From the NCBI GenBank assembly GCA_027451565.1, contig DAIDJC010000001.1, positions 1-46,126 of the forward strand: a stretch of DNA of 46,126 nt. Direction: 5' to 3'. This stretch comes from Limisphaerales bacterium. GTDB lineage: Bacteria; Verrucomicrobiota; Verrucomicrobiia; Limisphaerales; UBA11358. A program made the position numbers and the translations under genes. Numbering within the stretch: position 1 is the stretch's first letter; each line of letters begins with the position of its first letter. The notes beneath the pieces are model-generated. The model did not search any database, was not told the DNA's origin, and saw only the letters and a program-made list of their open reading frames with translations. Of the stretch, positions 1 through 7,954 are shown piece after piece.

Positions 1-1312
1 TCCTGTGCCCATCCTGTTCCAACACCTCGTCGTAGAAATTTTGATGATTCATCCGCCTTGCCACCGTCTGGCTCACCAAGGCACCCAGCATCAACGCTGG
101 CACCAGGGAAAATTTCTGGGTCATTTCAAAAACGATCAGGATGCCTGTGACCGGAGCCCAGACCACGGCGCCAAGGCAGGCGCTCATGCCCACCACTGCA
201 AGAGTCAGACTGTCTCCGGGGCTGACATGCCATTCCAAGCCCAAAAGGCTGGAAATGGCGGTTCCCACCATGCATCCAAAAAATAGTGTGGGTGAAAAAA
301 TACCGCCACAGCCGCCGAAACCGTAGCAGCAAAAAGTGGCCATGAATTTTCCAAGCAGGAGCAACACCGCAAGCTGCCAGCCTATGTCTCCGGCCAACGC
401 GCTGGAAAGATCGCCATAGCCCAGGCTGAAAATGCCAAGGTGACCCGTGTGCCAATAAATACTTACGCCCAGGATCCATGTGATCCATCCACCCAAGGCT
501 GGAGTCAGCCAGATGGGAATTTCGGGATGCGCTTTCATGCGCATTCTCAGATTAAGGCTGAATCTTTGAAAATAAACTCCCACCAATGCTGCAATTCCAG
601 CAACCAAAGGTGTCATGACAAAACCGAACCATGTGGGTGCGTCGGAGACTTTCAGCCGGAAAGAGGGTTGGGGGCCTATAACGCCGTGGACCACCAAGGC
701 ACCCAAAACGGACGCCAGCAACACGGGACCAAGCAACCGGCTGTTGAGGTCGCCAATTATTTCCTCCAGCACGAATGTGGTGGCGGCGAGTGGCGCGTTG
801 AAAGCTGCTGCCAGGCCGGCGGCGGCGCCTGCCGCTGCGGCTGCCCTGCGGCTTTGTTTGGGTTCGCCAGCCAAACCCGCCACATTCGAGGCCAAAGCTC
901 CGCCAATCTGCACGCTCGGACCCTCGCGGCCCAAGCTGGCGCCACCCCCCACACTCAAGATGCCCGCCACGAATTTAAGCACGGCTACCCGCCATCGGAC
1001 AAAGCCAAAATCCTTCCAAAAAGCCAGCTTGTGCTGTGGAATTCCGCTTCCAGCGGCATCCTTCCCAAAAGTCTGCATCAGCCAGCCTCCAAGAAAAGAC
1101 GTGGCCGTGATCACAAGAAAGGTCCCTGTTGCAAAATAAAAAAGCGGTTTGCCTGCAAAGCGGGCAATGCCCTGGTCATAAAGCCATCCGATGCCCAGTT
1201 GGAAAAAAACTGCTGCCAGGCCTGCCGTCAGGCCGTAAACGCAGGAAGTCAGCACGGCGCGGCTTCGTGCGGGAAATCTTGACCAAAACTTTCTGAAAAA
1301 TTCAGGATTCAT
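1..1312 (-). CDS. CLC-family chloride channel / H+-Cl- antiporter (partial; C-terminus lies beyond the left edge)
   Basis: Absent from the ORF track because the frame runs off the window. My reverse-strand translation from the ATG at 1312-1310 reads MNPEFFRKFW...GKDAAGSGIPQHK...GGGASLGREGPSVQIGG...GFGGCGGIFSPTLF...WAPVTGILIVFEMT. These are the GSGIP, GREGP and GxFxP selectivity-filter motifs of CLC proteins. The frame is still open at base 1. Confidence 0.85.
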   Translation of the reverse strand, partial: MNPEFFRKFWSRFPARSRAVLTSCVYGLTAGLAAVFFQLGIGWLYDQGIARFAGKPLFYFATGTFLVITATSFLGGWLMQTFGKDAAGSGIPQHKLAFWKDFGFVRWRVAVLKFVAGILSVGGGASLGREGPSVQIGGALASNVAGLAGEPKQSRRAAAAAGAAAGLAAAFNAPLAATTFVLEEIIGDLNSRLLGPVLLASVLGALVVHGVIGPQPSFRLKVSDAPTWFGFVMTPLVAGIAALVGVYFQRFSLNLRMRMKAHPEIPIWLTPALGGWITWILGVSIYWHTGHLGIFSLGYGDLSSALAGDIGWQLAVLLLLGKFMATFCCYGFGGCGGIFSPTLFFGCMVGTAISSLLGLEWHVSPGDSLTLAVVGMSACLGAVVWAPVTGILIVFEMTQKFSLVPALMLGALVSQTVARRMNHQNFYDEVLEQDGHR

Positions 1313-1313
1313 A

Positions 1314-1952
1314 TTATATCAATGTCCATCGTTCTGAATATGCGAATCCAGCATTTTCAAGTCGGCGCTCCTCTAGCCGGAATCCTGCTTTTCTGAGGTA
1401 TTGGCCTGGGGGAACGAGGCTGCGGGCGGAAAGCCCGGTGGTGATCCAAAAAAAATCGTAGAGAAGTCTAAGCAGCGCCCGGGCCCTCCATTTGCGCCAG
1501 CCTCGATCCGGCACCCTGAAATCAGATACCAGCCAGGTGGCACCCGGACTGGCGGCCGCAGCCAGTTCCATTACCAAGCCCTCCAGAGTCTCGGCAGGGA
1601 AACAATCCAGGAAAAAATGGGTTGCCAGCAAGTCATAGCGCCCGCCACGAGCCCGCCAGTCCAGGGCATCCATTTGCTGGAAATCCACTCGGGACGGATC
1701 CAAACCACTCTTGTTTATTTTCGCAAGCATGCAGCGAATCATCGCCCCGCTTTTTTCCACGCAGGTGATGCGCACATCCGGGTTGGTCTTCATGAGCCGC
1801 AACAGAAATCGGCCCCTGCCTTCACCCACCAAGAGTGCCCGGCGAAACCTCCCGCCCTCTGTCAAGAATTGAGTCCGGCATCGCTGCATTAAAGGACCCG
1901 CAAAAGCCAGTTCCATCCAGCCATAATGCGGAGCCAAACGATCAAAATTCAT
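1314..1952 (-). CDS. class I SAM-dependent methyltransferase
   Basis: 212-aa ORF with a glycine-rich motif I (LLVGEGRGRFLL) followed by an acidic post-I residue (CVEKS). Its stop at 1314 abuts the CLC start at 1312 on the same strand, so the two are probably co-transcribed. Confidence 0.7.
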   Translation of the reverse strand: MNFDRLAPHYGWMELAFAGPLMQRCRTQFLTEGGRFRRALLVGEGRGRFLLRLMKTNPDVRITCVEKSGAMIRCMLAKINKSGLDPSRVDFQQMDALDWRARGGRYDLLATHFFLDCFPAETLEGLVMELAAAASPGATWLVSDFRVPDRGWRKWRARALLRLLYDFFWITTGLSARSLVPPGQYLRKAGFRLEERRLENAGFAYSERWTLI

Positions 1953-2233
1953 TTAAAGAAATTTCGACCAGAATAATTCAAATCGAGGAAGCTGTATATT
2001 TAAATCAAATTGAATATCCTAACCATCATTCCATGCTTTCTTGGGGGCCGGGGTTCGGTGGCGCCGAATTCGCGCCTGGCTGGTGGACCGGACTGGCAAG
2101 GAAACCTTGCATCCGGGAGTTCCAAAAGAGTCATTCAGGCAACATGTGATCCACTGTTTTGTTTACATTTTTAAAAAATCAACTTGAGCCAGGGCGTTCT
2201 GTTTGGTTTAATCCACGGCTCGCACTTTGCTGC

Positions 2234-2319
2234 GGTAGGTTACCCAAGTGGCCAACGGGGGCAGACTGTAAATCTGCTGGCTTACGCCTTCGATGGTTCG
2301 AATCCATCACCTACCACCA
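2234..2319 (+). tRNA. tRNA-Tyr (anticodon GUA), type II with long variable arm, CCA encoded
   Basis: Acceptor stem GGTAGGT/ACCTACC. Anticodon stem-loop GCAGA-CTGTAAA-TCTGC. Long variable arm GGCTTACGCCTTC. T arm GATGG-TTCGAAT-CCATC. Discriminator A followed by CCA. It aligns almost position for position with E. coli tRNA-Tyr as I remember it. Confidence 0.93.
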
Positions 2320-2611
2320 TTTCTTTTTTAATTGAAAAAACAATTTCTTTCGGGGTTTTTTGCACCCATTAAGGTTGAGTCATGACACATGAAAGTGATC
2401 TCGACCGCGTCATGGCGAAGAACCGCGTTTGTAGCAATAAAATTTTGATTGTGAACTGGAAACCGGTCTGAATCTGGGATTGTTTGGGACCGAATCAAGA
2501 CAATCAGCCCTTCCAACCGGCAGGTTTAAATCCCGCCAATTTGTTGCTGAATAATCGTTTGTGAATGAAAATCCCATATTGGCTTGTCGTTATGCGGGTG
2601 CGTTTACTTTC

Positions 2612-2633
2612 GAATCGTCACTGAATCGTCACT
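2612..2633 (+). promoter_or_regulatory. Perfect tandem 11-bp direct repeat (GAATCGTCACT x2), Pho-box-like OmpR/PhoB-family binding site
   Basis: Reads as TCGTCAC-TGAA-TCGTCAC: 7-bp repeats with a 4-bp A/T-rich spacer and 11-bp periodicity. Compare the E. coli Pho box CTGTCAT-AWAW-CTGTCAY. It lies about 56 nt upstream of the PhoB-like start. Confidence 0.35.
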
Positions 2634-2656
2634 GTTTTTTTGCCGGTTTGCAATTG

Positions 2657-2665
2657 TGCTAAAAT
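2657..2665 (+). promoter_or_regulatory. Extended -10 element TGCTAAAAT with no recognisable -35 (activator-dependent promoter candidate)
   Basis: A TGnTAAAAT match 25 nt upstream of the GTG start at 2690. The -35 position is a T-run, as expected for a promoter that needs an activator bound upstream. Confidence 0.3.
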
Positions 2666-2689
2666 GAGTGTCATGCCATCTTCAAACCC

Positions 2690-3370
2690 GTGAAACCAAA
2701 GATTTTGGTTGTGGATGACGAACCCGAGGCGGTTGAATTGCTTGAGTTCAATCTCAAGCAGGCAGGTTACGTGGTTACTACGGCGGGGGATGGAGCTGAG
2801 GCTCTCAAGCGTGCACGCAGTCAAACTCCGGATTTGATCGTTTTGGATGTAATGCTTCCCGAGATGGATGGATTTGAAATATGCAAATCCCTCAGGCTGG
2901 ATCCAGCCACATCCAAGGTTCCCATCATCATGTTAACGGCGAAAGCCGCGGAAATTGACCGTGTATTGGGGTTGGAATTGGGGGCGGATGACTATCTCAC
3001 GAAGCCCTTTAGCCCCAGGGAACTTTTGTTGCGGATAAAAAAAATTCTTTCTCGAACGCAGGTTGAGGAGAACTCGAAGGATCAGCTTCGGTTTGGCGAC
3101 CTCACGGTGGATGTTCCCCGCCATGTGGCCAGTTGGCGAGGCAAGACCATTGACCTGACCGCCACGGAATTCCGGCTTCTCACCATTCTATCCCAGCGGT
3201 CGGGCCGGGTTCAATCCCGGGACCAGCTTTTGCGGGATGTATGGGAGTATGACAGCCTGATTGACACCCGCACCGTGGACACTCACATGCGGCGGCTAAG
3301 GGAAAAACTCGGACCTGCTTCCAAACATTTGGACACGGTGCGCGGTGTGGGTTACCGTTTTGTGGAGTGA
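2690..3370 (+). CDS. OmpR/PhoB-family response regulator (PhoB-like)
   Basis: 226 aa with a GTG start. Receiver domain: ILVVDDEPE...DLIVLDVMLPEMDG...LTAKA...GADDYLTKPFSPREL. Winged-helix output domain: LTATEFRLL...TVDTHMRRLREKL...VRGVGYRF. Confidence 0.9.
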   Translation: MKPKILVVDDEPEAVELLEFNLKQAGYVVTTAGDGAEALKRARSQTPDLIVLDVMLPEMDGFEICKSLRLDPATSKVPIIMLTAKAAEIDRVLGLELGADDYLTKPFSPRELLLRIKKILSRTQVEENSKDQLRFGDLTVDVPRHVASWRGKTIDLTATEFRLLTILSQRSGRVQSRDQLLRDVWEYDSLIDTRTVDTHMRRLREKLGPASKHLDTVRGVGYRFVE

Positions 3371-3457
3371 ATATTTTGCCGCAGTTTCAATTGCCAGTAA
3401 TCGCTTGGAGATGGGGGCTTATTCCCGTGCAAACAGGGTGCCATTAGGGAGTTTATC

Positions 3458-4633
3458 ATGTGGGCCGTTCTCGCGATCCTTTTCTTGTTTCTGGCCCTTG
3501 GGGTTCATCTGGCTTGGAAACGGCATTTTGACACCAAAACAAGGCAATTCAACTCGGAGTTGCTGGATTTGCAGCGTCGGCAACAACAAACTGAACTTTT
3601 TGCCAAGGCGCGGGAACAGGTTTTGTTCAATTCCATGCTGGAGGGTCTGCTGCTGCTGGATTATAACCACCGCATCACACTGGCCAACCGGTCTTTCAAA
3701 TCACTTTTTGGTGTCAAGGTGGAACTCCGGGGCAAATCCATTTTGGAGGCCCTCCGTCTGCATGCCTTGGAGGACTTGGTCAGCCAGGTTGAGACACACG
3801 GACAAGTGCTCAACTACGAACTCAAGCTCCCCGACATCAACGAGCGCTGGCTTCAGGTCAATGCCGCAGTCATCCATGATTCGGATGGACGCCGCGAGGG
3901 AACTATTCTTGTTTTTCACGACCTTACCCGTCTCAAGCAACTTGAGCGCACGCGGGAGGAATTCGTTGCCAATGTCAGCCACGAACTGCGGACGCCGCTT
4001 TCGCTTATCAAAGGCTACGTGGAGACCCTCCTTGATGGCGCCAGCCAGCAACCGGAGGTGACCCAGCGTTTTTTGAAAATCATTGAGCGCAACACCCAGC
4101 GCTTGAATTTGCTCATCCAGGACCTTCTCACCATTTCGGCGCTGGAGTCCGAAAGAATCCAACTCAGCCTTCAACCCGTTTCCTTGCGCGGGTTGGCGGA
4201 TAAAATCCTGTCTGATTTGCACGCCCGCGCGGAATCCAAAAGCATGGCCTTGATCAATAATTTGGAGGATTTTCAGGTTTTGATTGATCCCAACCGCATG
4301 GACCAGGTGCTGGCCAACCTGGTGGACAATGCCATCAAATATGGCCGGACTCACGGAAAAGTGATGATCGGCGCCCGGCGGTTGGCGGATTCCTCCGTTG
4401 AAGTGCATGTTCGGGATGATGGTCCGGGAATTCCGCCTGAGGCCCTCGACAGGGTGTTTGAAAGGTTTTATCGGGTGGACAAGGCTCGTTCCAGGGACCA
4501 GGGAGGAACGGGGCTGGGGCTTTCCATTGTCAAACACATTGTCCAAGCCCACGATGGCCGTGTTTGGGTCGAAAGCGAGGTGGGCAAGGGAGCCACCTTC
4601 TTTTTCACGTTGCCGCCCTTGCCTCCCGCCTGA
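3458..4633 (+). CDS. Membrane sensor histidine kinase, PhoR-like (TM, PAS, HisKA, HATPase_c)
   Basis: N-terminal TM segment (WAVLAILFLFLALGVHLAW). H-box FVANVSHELRTPL, N-box DNAIKYG, G1 DDGPGIP, G2 GGTGLGLSIV. Lies directly downstream of the PhoB-like regulator. Confidence 0.85.
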   Translation: MWAVLAILFLFLALGVHLAWKRHFDTKTRQFNSELLDLQRRQQQTELFAKAREQVLFNSMLEGLLLLDYNHRITLANRSFKSLFGVKVELRGKSILEALRLHALEDLVSQVETHGQVLNYELKLPDINERWLQVNAAVIHDSDGRREGTILVFHDLTRLKQLERTREEFVANVSHELRTPLSLIKGYVETLLDGASQQPEVTQRFLKIIERNTQRLNLLIQDLLTISALESERIQLSLQPVSLRGLADKILSDLHARAESKSMALINNLEDFQVLIDPNRMDQVLANLVDNAIKYGRTHGKVMIGARRLADSSVEVHVRDDGPGIPPEALDRVFERFYRVDKARSRDQGGTGLGLSIVKHIVQAHDGRVWVESEVGKGATFFFTLPPLPPA

Positions 4634-4704
4634 ATTTTTGAGGCAAATCGCGGGTGTCCGGCCCCATGGCTTGTCGTCTCGACAAATTCGCGCCGTTTTT
4701 TACC

Positions 4705-5502
4705 ATGTATTCAATGTCGTTAAACGAACAACCTTTGGTCATTGCCGGACGTCAGTTCCGTTCCAGGCTCATTTTGGGCACGGGCAAATTTTCCTCCCCA
4801 GAACTCATGAGGAAAGCCATGGATGCCAGCGGGTCGGAAATGGTAACCGTGGCTCTTCGCCGGGCCGATCTTTCCGGGGCTGGCGATCCCTATGCCAACA
4901 TTCTTGAATTCATTGATCCGAACCGGTATCTGGTCCTGGCCAATACCAGCGGCGCAATGAATGCTGGGGAGGCGGTGCGTCTGGCGCGTCTTGCCGTGGC
5001 GGCCGGCTTGCCAAAATGGATCAAACTCGAAATTCATCCCGATCCCCGGTATCTGCTTCCCGACCCGGTTGAGACCTTCAAGGCGGCAGAAATCCTCGTG
5101 CAGGAAGGTTTCACTGTTCTTCCATATATCAATGCAGACCCTGTGCTGGCCAAACGCCTTCAAGAGGTGGGCTGTGCCACGGTCATGCCTCTTGGTTCGC
5201 CCATCGGGTCCAATGGTGGCCTGCAAACCCGTGATCAAATTCGAATCATTATCGAGCAGGCGACCGTCCCCGTGGTGGTGGATGCAGGGATCGGTGCTCC
5301 CAGCCATGCGGCTGAGGCCATGGAAATGGGGGCAGACGCTGTCCTCGTGAATACCGCCATTGCCGTTGCTTCCGATCCCGTGCAAATGGCGGAAGCCTTT
5401 AATCTGGCTGTACTTGCCGGGCGCCAGGCTTTCAATGTCGGCCTACCAGGGTCGGCACGTCACGCTTCCCCCACAAGTCCTCTGACAGCATTCCTGGATT
5501 GA
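4705..5502 (+). CDS. thiG: Thiazole synthase ThiG
   Basis: LILGTGKF...[35 protein letters not shown]...[31 protein letters not shown] is a typical ThiG sequence. The track ORF begins at 4654, but the Met at 4705 or 4714 fits the usual length better. Confidence 0.92.
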   Translation: MYSMSLNEQPLVIAGRQFRSRLILGTGKFSSPELMRKAMDASGSEMVTVALRRADLSGAGDPYANILEFIDPNRYLVLANTSGAMNAGEAVRLARLAVAAGLPKWIKLEIHPDPRYLLPDPVETFKAAEILVQEGFTVLPYINADPVLAKRLQEVGCATVMPLGSPIGSNGGLQTRDQIRIIIEQATVPVVVDAGIGAPSHAAEAMEMGADAVLVNTAIAVASDPVQMAEAFNLAVLAGRQAFNVGLPGSARHASPTSPLTAFLD

Positions 5503-5504
5503 TT

Positions 5505-6512
5505 ATGAAAAAACCTGCTTTGAACCCGGCGCGAATCCGCAAAATCCTGGCGAAAGCCGCAAAACTCCGCGTGCTTGTCCTGGGCGACGTGATGCTGGAC
5601 CAATTTATTTGGGGAAATGTCTCGCGCATTTCCCCCGAGGCGCCAGTGCCGGTGGTGGAGTTTTCCCGTGAGAATTTCATGCCGGGTGGTGCCGCCAATG
5701 TGGCCAGGAACATTGCCGCCTTTAATGCCGGCGTGGACCTGATGGGAATCATCGGCGTGGATGATGCCGGTCGCAAGCTGTGCGAAATCCTCCGGCAACA
5801 GTCCATCAATGGAGGGCGCTTGGTGAAAAGCCCGGTCCGCCACACCACAATCAAAACCCGCATCGTGGCTCATCAACAGCAAGTGGTTCGGATTGATCGT
5901 GAATCGGTTGGATTACCCGATAAAAACTCAGCGAGATTATTGGCCAGTCGTTTCGATGCTGCCATCAATGACGCGGATGCGGTGATCGTGGGAGATTACG
6001 GCAAGGGGGTCATTTCCCAGCCCTTTCTGGACCAGGTCAAGGCGGCCTGCCGGAAAAGGGGCATTTGGCTGAGCCTGGATCCCAAGCCGGTGCATCAATT
6101 GAATTTAACCGGACTGTCTCTCATAACTCCCAATCGCCGAGAGGCGTTTCAGTTGGCGGGCCTGGCGGATGACACCCGCACGGAAAATCCCCTGAAAGAC
6201 GCCACGCTGGCCAAAGTTTCCGAGCGTTTGCTCCGGGAATTACGTCCGGCTGTGCTCCTCATCACACTGGGCGAATTGGGAATGCTTTTATGCCAGCGCG
6301 ATGCCCCGCCGTTTCATATTCCAACGGTTGCACAGGAGGTTTTTGACGTTTCAGGGGCCGGAGACACGGTCATTTCTGTTTTTACACTGGCCATCGCTGC
6401 CGGTGCATCTCCCATCGAGGCATCCATCCTTTCCAACCATGCCGCAGGCATCGTGGTGGGCAAGGTGGGCACCGCAACCACTTCACCGGCGGAACTCTTG
6501 AAGAGTTTTTGA
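5505..6512 (+). CDS. D-glycero-beta-D-manno-heptose-7-phosphate kinase (RfaE/HldE domain I, PfkB family)
   Basis: VLVLGDVMLDQFIWGNVSRISPEAPVPVV is the RfaE domain-I signature. PfkB C-terminal motif DVSGAGDTV. The track start (TTG at 5499) overlaps the thiG stop; the ATG at 5505 is more likely. Confidence 0.8.
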   Translation: MKKPALNPARIRKILAKAAKLRVLVLGDVMLDQFIWGNVSRISPEAPVPVVEFSRENFMPGGAANVARNIAAFNAGVDLMGIIGVDDAGRKLCEILRQQSINGGRLVKSPVRHTTIKTRIVAHQQQVVRIDRESVGLPDKNSARLLASRFDAAINDADAVIVGDYGKGVISQPFLDQVKAACRKRGIWLSLDPKPVHQLNLTGLSLITPNRREAFQLAGLADDTRTENPLKDATLAKVSERLLRELRPAVLLITLGELGMLLCQRDAPPFHIPTVAQEVFDVSGAGDTVISVFTLAIAAGASPIEASILSNHAAGIVVGKVGTATTSPAELLKSF

Positions 6513-6546
6513 GACTCATAAAGCAACCCTCTGAAGACATTTTTTC

Positions 6547-7341
6547 ATGAGCCAGGCCAAAATCACCATCGAAATCATTCAAAAAATGAAATTGGATGGC
6601 CAGCCCATTGCCGCGCTTACTGCATATGATTTCACCATGGCAAGGTTGCTTGATGAAGCGGGCATTCCGTTGCTTCTGGTGGGTGATTCTGTGGGCATGG
6701 TGGTATTGGGTTACCCGGATACAACGCATGTTACCATGCCGGAGATGCTGCACCACGTTCGTGCCGCGGCCCGGGCTCAAACCCGGGCCTTGCTCGGGGC
6801 TGATCTTCCTTTTCAATCCTACCAAACGCCCGCCCAGGCTCTTGACAATGCCAGGGCTTTGGCTGAGGCGGGGGCGGGGTTTGTAAAAGCTGAGGGAGGC
6901 GCTGAAATCCTCCCCCAAATCAAGGCCATCATTTCAGAGGGCATACCCTTTTGCGCCCACCTGGGAATGCTCCCGCAGCATGTGTTGGAAGAGGGCGGAT
7001 ATAAAATCAAGGGCAAAAAGGAGGAGGAACATCTCCGTCTCCTTCAAGATGCGCGCATGCTCGATGAGGCGGGGGCCTTTGCAATCATTCTTGAACTGGT
7101 CACGCCCAATGTGGCCAGGGAGATAGCCCAAGGGGTGTCTGTGCCTGTCATTGGCATTGGCAGCGGCCCTTACTGTGACGGACAGATTCTGGTGACGCAG
7201 GATCTCATTGGCGGCTTTCCCTGGTTTACTCCCGGTTTTGTCAAACCCCGTGCCCAATGTGCTGCCCTGGCAGTTTCTGCCATCCACGCATGGAAAGCCT
7301 CCCTTTCCGTCCCAGGAAGCGCCAGCTCCGTCCTGTCATGA
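6547..7341 (+). CDS. panB: 3-methyl-2-oxobutanoate hydroxymethyltransferase
   Basis: IAALTAYDFTMARLLDEAGIPLLLVGDSVGMVVLGYPDTTHVTMPEMLHH...FVKAEGG...AHLGMLPQ matches PanB along the full length. Confidence 0.92.
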   Translation: MSQAKITIEIIQKMKLDGQPIAALTAYDFTMARLLDEAGIPLLLVGDSVGMVVLGYPDTTHVTMPEMLHHVRAAARAQTRALLGADLPFQSYQTPAQALDNARALAEAGAGFVKAEGGAEILPQIKAIISEGIPFCAHLGMLPQHVLEEGGYKIKGKKEEEHLRLLQDARMLDEAGAFAIILELVTPNVAREIAQGVSVPVIGIGSGPYCDGQILVTQDLIGGFPWFTPGFVKPRAQCAALAVSAIHAWKASLSVPGSASSVLS

Positions 7342-7724
7342 CTCGTTGGAAATTACCTTCGGTTGGGATTTTGGCGCTGGGTTTTGCCCCCATTCTTTCA
7401 GGCTGCGTCTCAGGGCACCAAACCCGGATCCAAGAGCAAAATGCCTTTCTAGCCGGCCAAAACGCTGCATTCCAAGCAGCCATGGTTCCAAACGCCAGCC
7501 AATTTGTGACGGTCCTTGGGCCGGTTCAAATCCATCGGGTTCCTTGGGTGGCGGGACTCACACTGGTCCAGGCCCTGGCCACCGCCATTTATCAGGACCC
7601 CCGTTCCCCAACTTCCATCACGATTACCCGGGACCACGAAAGCGCCTCGTTGAATCCCGATGTTTTGTTTCAGGGAGCCGTGGTTCCGCTCGAACCGGGC
7701 GATGTCATCGAATTGCAACCATGA
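7338..7724 (+). CDS. Small lipoprotein, possible SLBB (beta-grasp) domain
   Basis: The internal Met of track ORF 7257-7724 makes an ATGA overlap with the panB stop. Signal peptide with lipobox (GFAPILSGC). The C-terminal part (VTVLGPVQIHRVPW...LTLVQALA...LEPGDVIELQP) resembles SLBB domains of polysaccharide-export proteins. Confidence 0.55.
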   Translation: MTRWKLPSVGILALGFAPILSGCVSGHQTRIQEQNAFLAGQNAAFQAAMVPNASQFVTVLGPVQIHRVPWVAGLTLVQALATAIYQDPRSPTSITITRDHESASLNPDVLFQGAVVPLEPGDVIELQP

Positions 7725-7746
7725 AATAAGTCCGATAAAATCGTTG

Positions 7747-7770
7747 GGGTTGGACAGTGCATGTCTCACC
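7747..7770. repeat. 24-nt motif GGGTTGGACAGTGCATGTCTCACC, copy A
   Basis: 23/24 identical to 26658-26681. Contains the inverted repeat GGACA-N5-TGTCY and an ATG that opens an ORF beginning MSH. Confidence 0.8.
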
Positions 7771-7796
7771 CCATCTGCCAGAGTGGGAGCACGATT

Positions 7797-7946
7797 ATGA
7801 TGAACTTAAACGTGCAACTGGAATTGGGCCTGCCCAGGACTCTCAAAAAAAGGGCCTTCAAAAACCGTCCTGTCCGCATCGAAAAAGCCCGGTGGTGGTT
7901 TGGCCGCATGCGTCATTCGGTGGCCCAGGCTTCCCGCACGGTTTGA
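7797..7946 (+). CDS. Orphan 49-aa very basic ORF (MMNLNVQLELGLPRTLKKRAFKNRPVRIEKARWWFGRMRHSVAQASRTV)
   Basis: An open frame in the convergent gap between the lipoprotein gene and the NodT gene, in frame with the motif-borne ATG at 7761. I can cite no homology, so this is speculative. Confidence 0.25.
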   Translation: MMNLNVQLELGLPRTLKKRAFKNRPVRIEKARWWFGRMRHSVAQASRTV

Positions 7947-7954
7947 TTGCGCTT

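Noticed and set aside
5-1282. Several plus-strand ORFs (5-286, 440-1282, 615-1139) covering the left end of the window
   Set aside because: Their products are low-complexity, Pro/Ala/Arg/Gln-rich. The opposite strand encodes an uninterrupted CLC channel with GSGIP, GREGP and GxFxP motifs, so these are antisense shadow ORFs.
3205-3222. T-arm-like hairpins (CCGGG-TTCAAT-CCCGG here; GGTTCAAATCC at about 7525) that could hint at extra tRNAs
   Set aside because: Both lie inside well-supported coding sequences and lack acceptor, D and anticodon arms.
3701-4552. Long antisense ORFs inside well-supported genes. Examples: 3701-4552 (-) in the PhoR-like kinase, 8180-9013 (+) in NodT, 17654-18274 (-) in the hybrid kinase, 33939-34577 (+) in subunit I, 41179-42282 (+) in lptD.
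   Set aside because: Each lies fully within a gene that has clear family motifs on the other strand, and each has a skewed Arg/Gly/Pro/His composition. These are typical stop-codon-poor antisense frames in moderately GC-rich DNA.
7750-7766. TTGGACAGTGCATGTC considered as a sigma-54 (-24 GG / -12 GC) or ECF-type promoter
   Set aside because: The GG-to-GC spacing is about 7 nt rather than the required about 12 nt. There is no GGAAC...CGTC arrangement at ECF spacing.
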